From assembly GCA_964438895.1 (NCBI GenBank), contig CAYTMJ010000020.1:30408-94407 (forward strand): a stretch of 64,000 nucleotides of DNA, given 5' to 3'. A program made the position numbers and the translations under genes. The DNA comes from an uncultured Syntrophobacterales bacterium. GTDB lineage: Bacteria; Desulfobacterota; Binatia; UBA9968; JAJDTQ01. The notes under the pieces are model-generated. The model had not been told where the DNA came from, made no database searches, and was given only the letters and a program-made list of their open reading frames with translations. Each line of letters opens with the position of its first letter. Position 1 is the first letter of the stretch. This document shows, one piece after another, positions 63,065-64,000 of the stretch.

Positions 63065-64000
63065 TTGACATTCCCTTCCATCAAGTGCCCCAGTATACGA
63101 TCTAGCATGATGGCGGATGCTGCTCTCACGGAAAGATGATTATAATCGCCTGTTCCCGCAATAGGTTCCAGTGTTAGGTCCGAGCGCGCGAACACCGAAT
63201 CTGCCAAGCCCCAGCCCGTACCGAGCAGGATCATGCAAGGAGTATCCTCTCTTATTAGCATCTCGCGCATGTTTGCAAAAGTTGTGCGGCCTGTTCCGCC
63301 GGCAGGCCGGGCGGAAGTGGCTACCAGCCTGGGAGCGGCCCCACACTCTTGCTGGGCGTCAGCAATCGCCTCGTCCAGCGTATCGCTGAGTCTTACGAGG
63401 GCAAGCGCGTCCCTGCGGGTACTGTTATATGAGCTGCCATAACCCCGTTCCCAGTGGTCGATGATCCGGGCGGCTAGCTTCTGTAGGGCCTTTACCGGGT
63501 TGACGACATAGAAGCCCGAGACTCCGTATGTGCGGCAAGTACGGGCTATGTCGTGGATATCTAGATTGGTGATGGATGAGGTGACCGTGTCGCCGTGGCG
63601 GTCGGAAACGGGATAGTGCAATAGTGCGACGTAGACTTTTCCGCTCGGCTTGATGCCCCCAGGAACCTTAGCCAGAAGGTCCGGCCGCAATCGTGCGGTT
63701 GCCTCAATGCTCATCCTGTGGCGCCACTGACGAATTTCCTCGTGGTTGCCCGACAGTAGGACCTCCGGAACGTTCATGTTCCTATACTGCGCTGGTCGGG
63801 TGTATTGTGGGTATTCCAGCAGGCCATCCACGAATGACTCTTCCTGAGGTGATTGTTTATTCCCTAGCACGCCCGGTATCAACCGAGTGACCGTGTCGAT
63901 TACCGTGAGAGCTGGGATCTCGCCGCCGCTCAAAGTATAGTCACCGATTGAAAGCGTTTCGTCCGTAAAGCCTAGGACCCGTTCGTCGACTCCTTCGTAG
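63061..64000 (-). CDS. trmD: tRNA (guanine37-N1)-methyltransferase TrmD (5' end outside the window) fused in frame to a second, SPOUT-like domain
   Basis: The reverse frame is open to the window edge. It reads [31 protein letters not shown]...[10 protein letters not shown]...[14 protein letters not shown]...RPDLL (TrmD). About 190 further residues follow with no stop ([10 protein letters not shown]...[14 protein letters not shown]...ILLGTGWGL...YNHLSVRAA). Confidence 0.85.
   Translation of the reverse strand, partial: YEGVDERVLGFTDETLSIGDYTLSGGEIPALTVIDTVTRLIPGVLGNKQSPQEESFVDGLLEYPQYTRPAQYRNMNVPEVLLSGNHEEIRQWRHRMSIEATARLRPDLLAKVPGGIKPSGKVYVALLHYPVSDRHGDTVTSSITNLDIHDIARTCRTYGVSGFYVVNPVKALQKLAARIIDHWERGYGSSYNSTRRDALALVRLSDTLDEAIADAQQECGAAPRLVATSARPAGGTGRTTFANMREMLIREDTPCMILLGTGWGLADSVFARSDLTLEPIAGTGDYNHLSVRAASAIMLDRILGHLMEGNVK

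Overview
This is a visibly GC-rich bacterial chromosomal core region from a diderm organism (it encodes LptD, LptF and LptG). Almost every base is accounted for by housekeeping genes.

Gene order, left to right:
- The 3' end of an ABC ATPase gene, then ilvE.
- A pyruvate dehydrogenase operon (aceE, E2, lpd). It is bracketed by two lipoylation enzymes (a single-domain LplA-like ligase and LipB) and followed by a 7Fe-type ferredoxin.
- A disrupted cold-shock gene, a polyprenyl synthase, an aldehyde dehydrogenase and rph.
- A five-tRNA cluster (Pro, Arg, His, Lys, Leu) in front of tig-clpP-clpX-lon.
- tRNA-Val, tRNA-Asp, rplM and rpsI.
- lptG and lptF on the minus strand, then an rlmB-like methyltransferase.
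- A roughly 30 kb same-strand translation/transcription block: tRNA Thr-Tyr-Gly-Thr, tuf, rpmG, tRNA-Trp, secE, nusG, rplKAJL, rpoBC, rpsLG, fusA, the S10, spc and alpha operons, and rplQ.
- A SPOR-domain gene coupled to trpD-trpC-trpF, then folC and lptD.
- On the minus strand, rarA, rplS and the 3' part of a trmD gene fused to a second SPOUT-like domain.

In total I identified twelve tRNAs and two short ribosomal protein genes missing from the ORF track (rpmG and rpmJ).

I found no CRISPR array, IS element, transposase, integrase, phage gene, toxin-antitoxin pair or defence-like gene. I see no evidence for a novel multi-gene system here; this is an ordinary core window.

The features most worth a second look are modest:
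- A cold-shock gene with an intact promoter and Shine-Dalgarno (SD) site but a 1-nt homopolymer frameshift plus an in-frame TAG.
- The in-frame TrmD/SPOUT-like fusion, translationally coupled to rplS.
- A strong intrinsic terminator between rpsG and fusA.
- A 172-nt non-coding spacer where rpmD (L30) normally sits, and the absence of adk and infA.
- Two small sequence duplications, at the rplL 3' end and inside the SPOR domain.

All calls rest on reading translations and motifs by eye. No database search was run.
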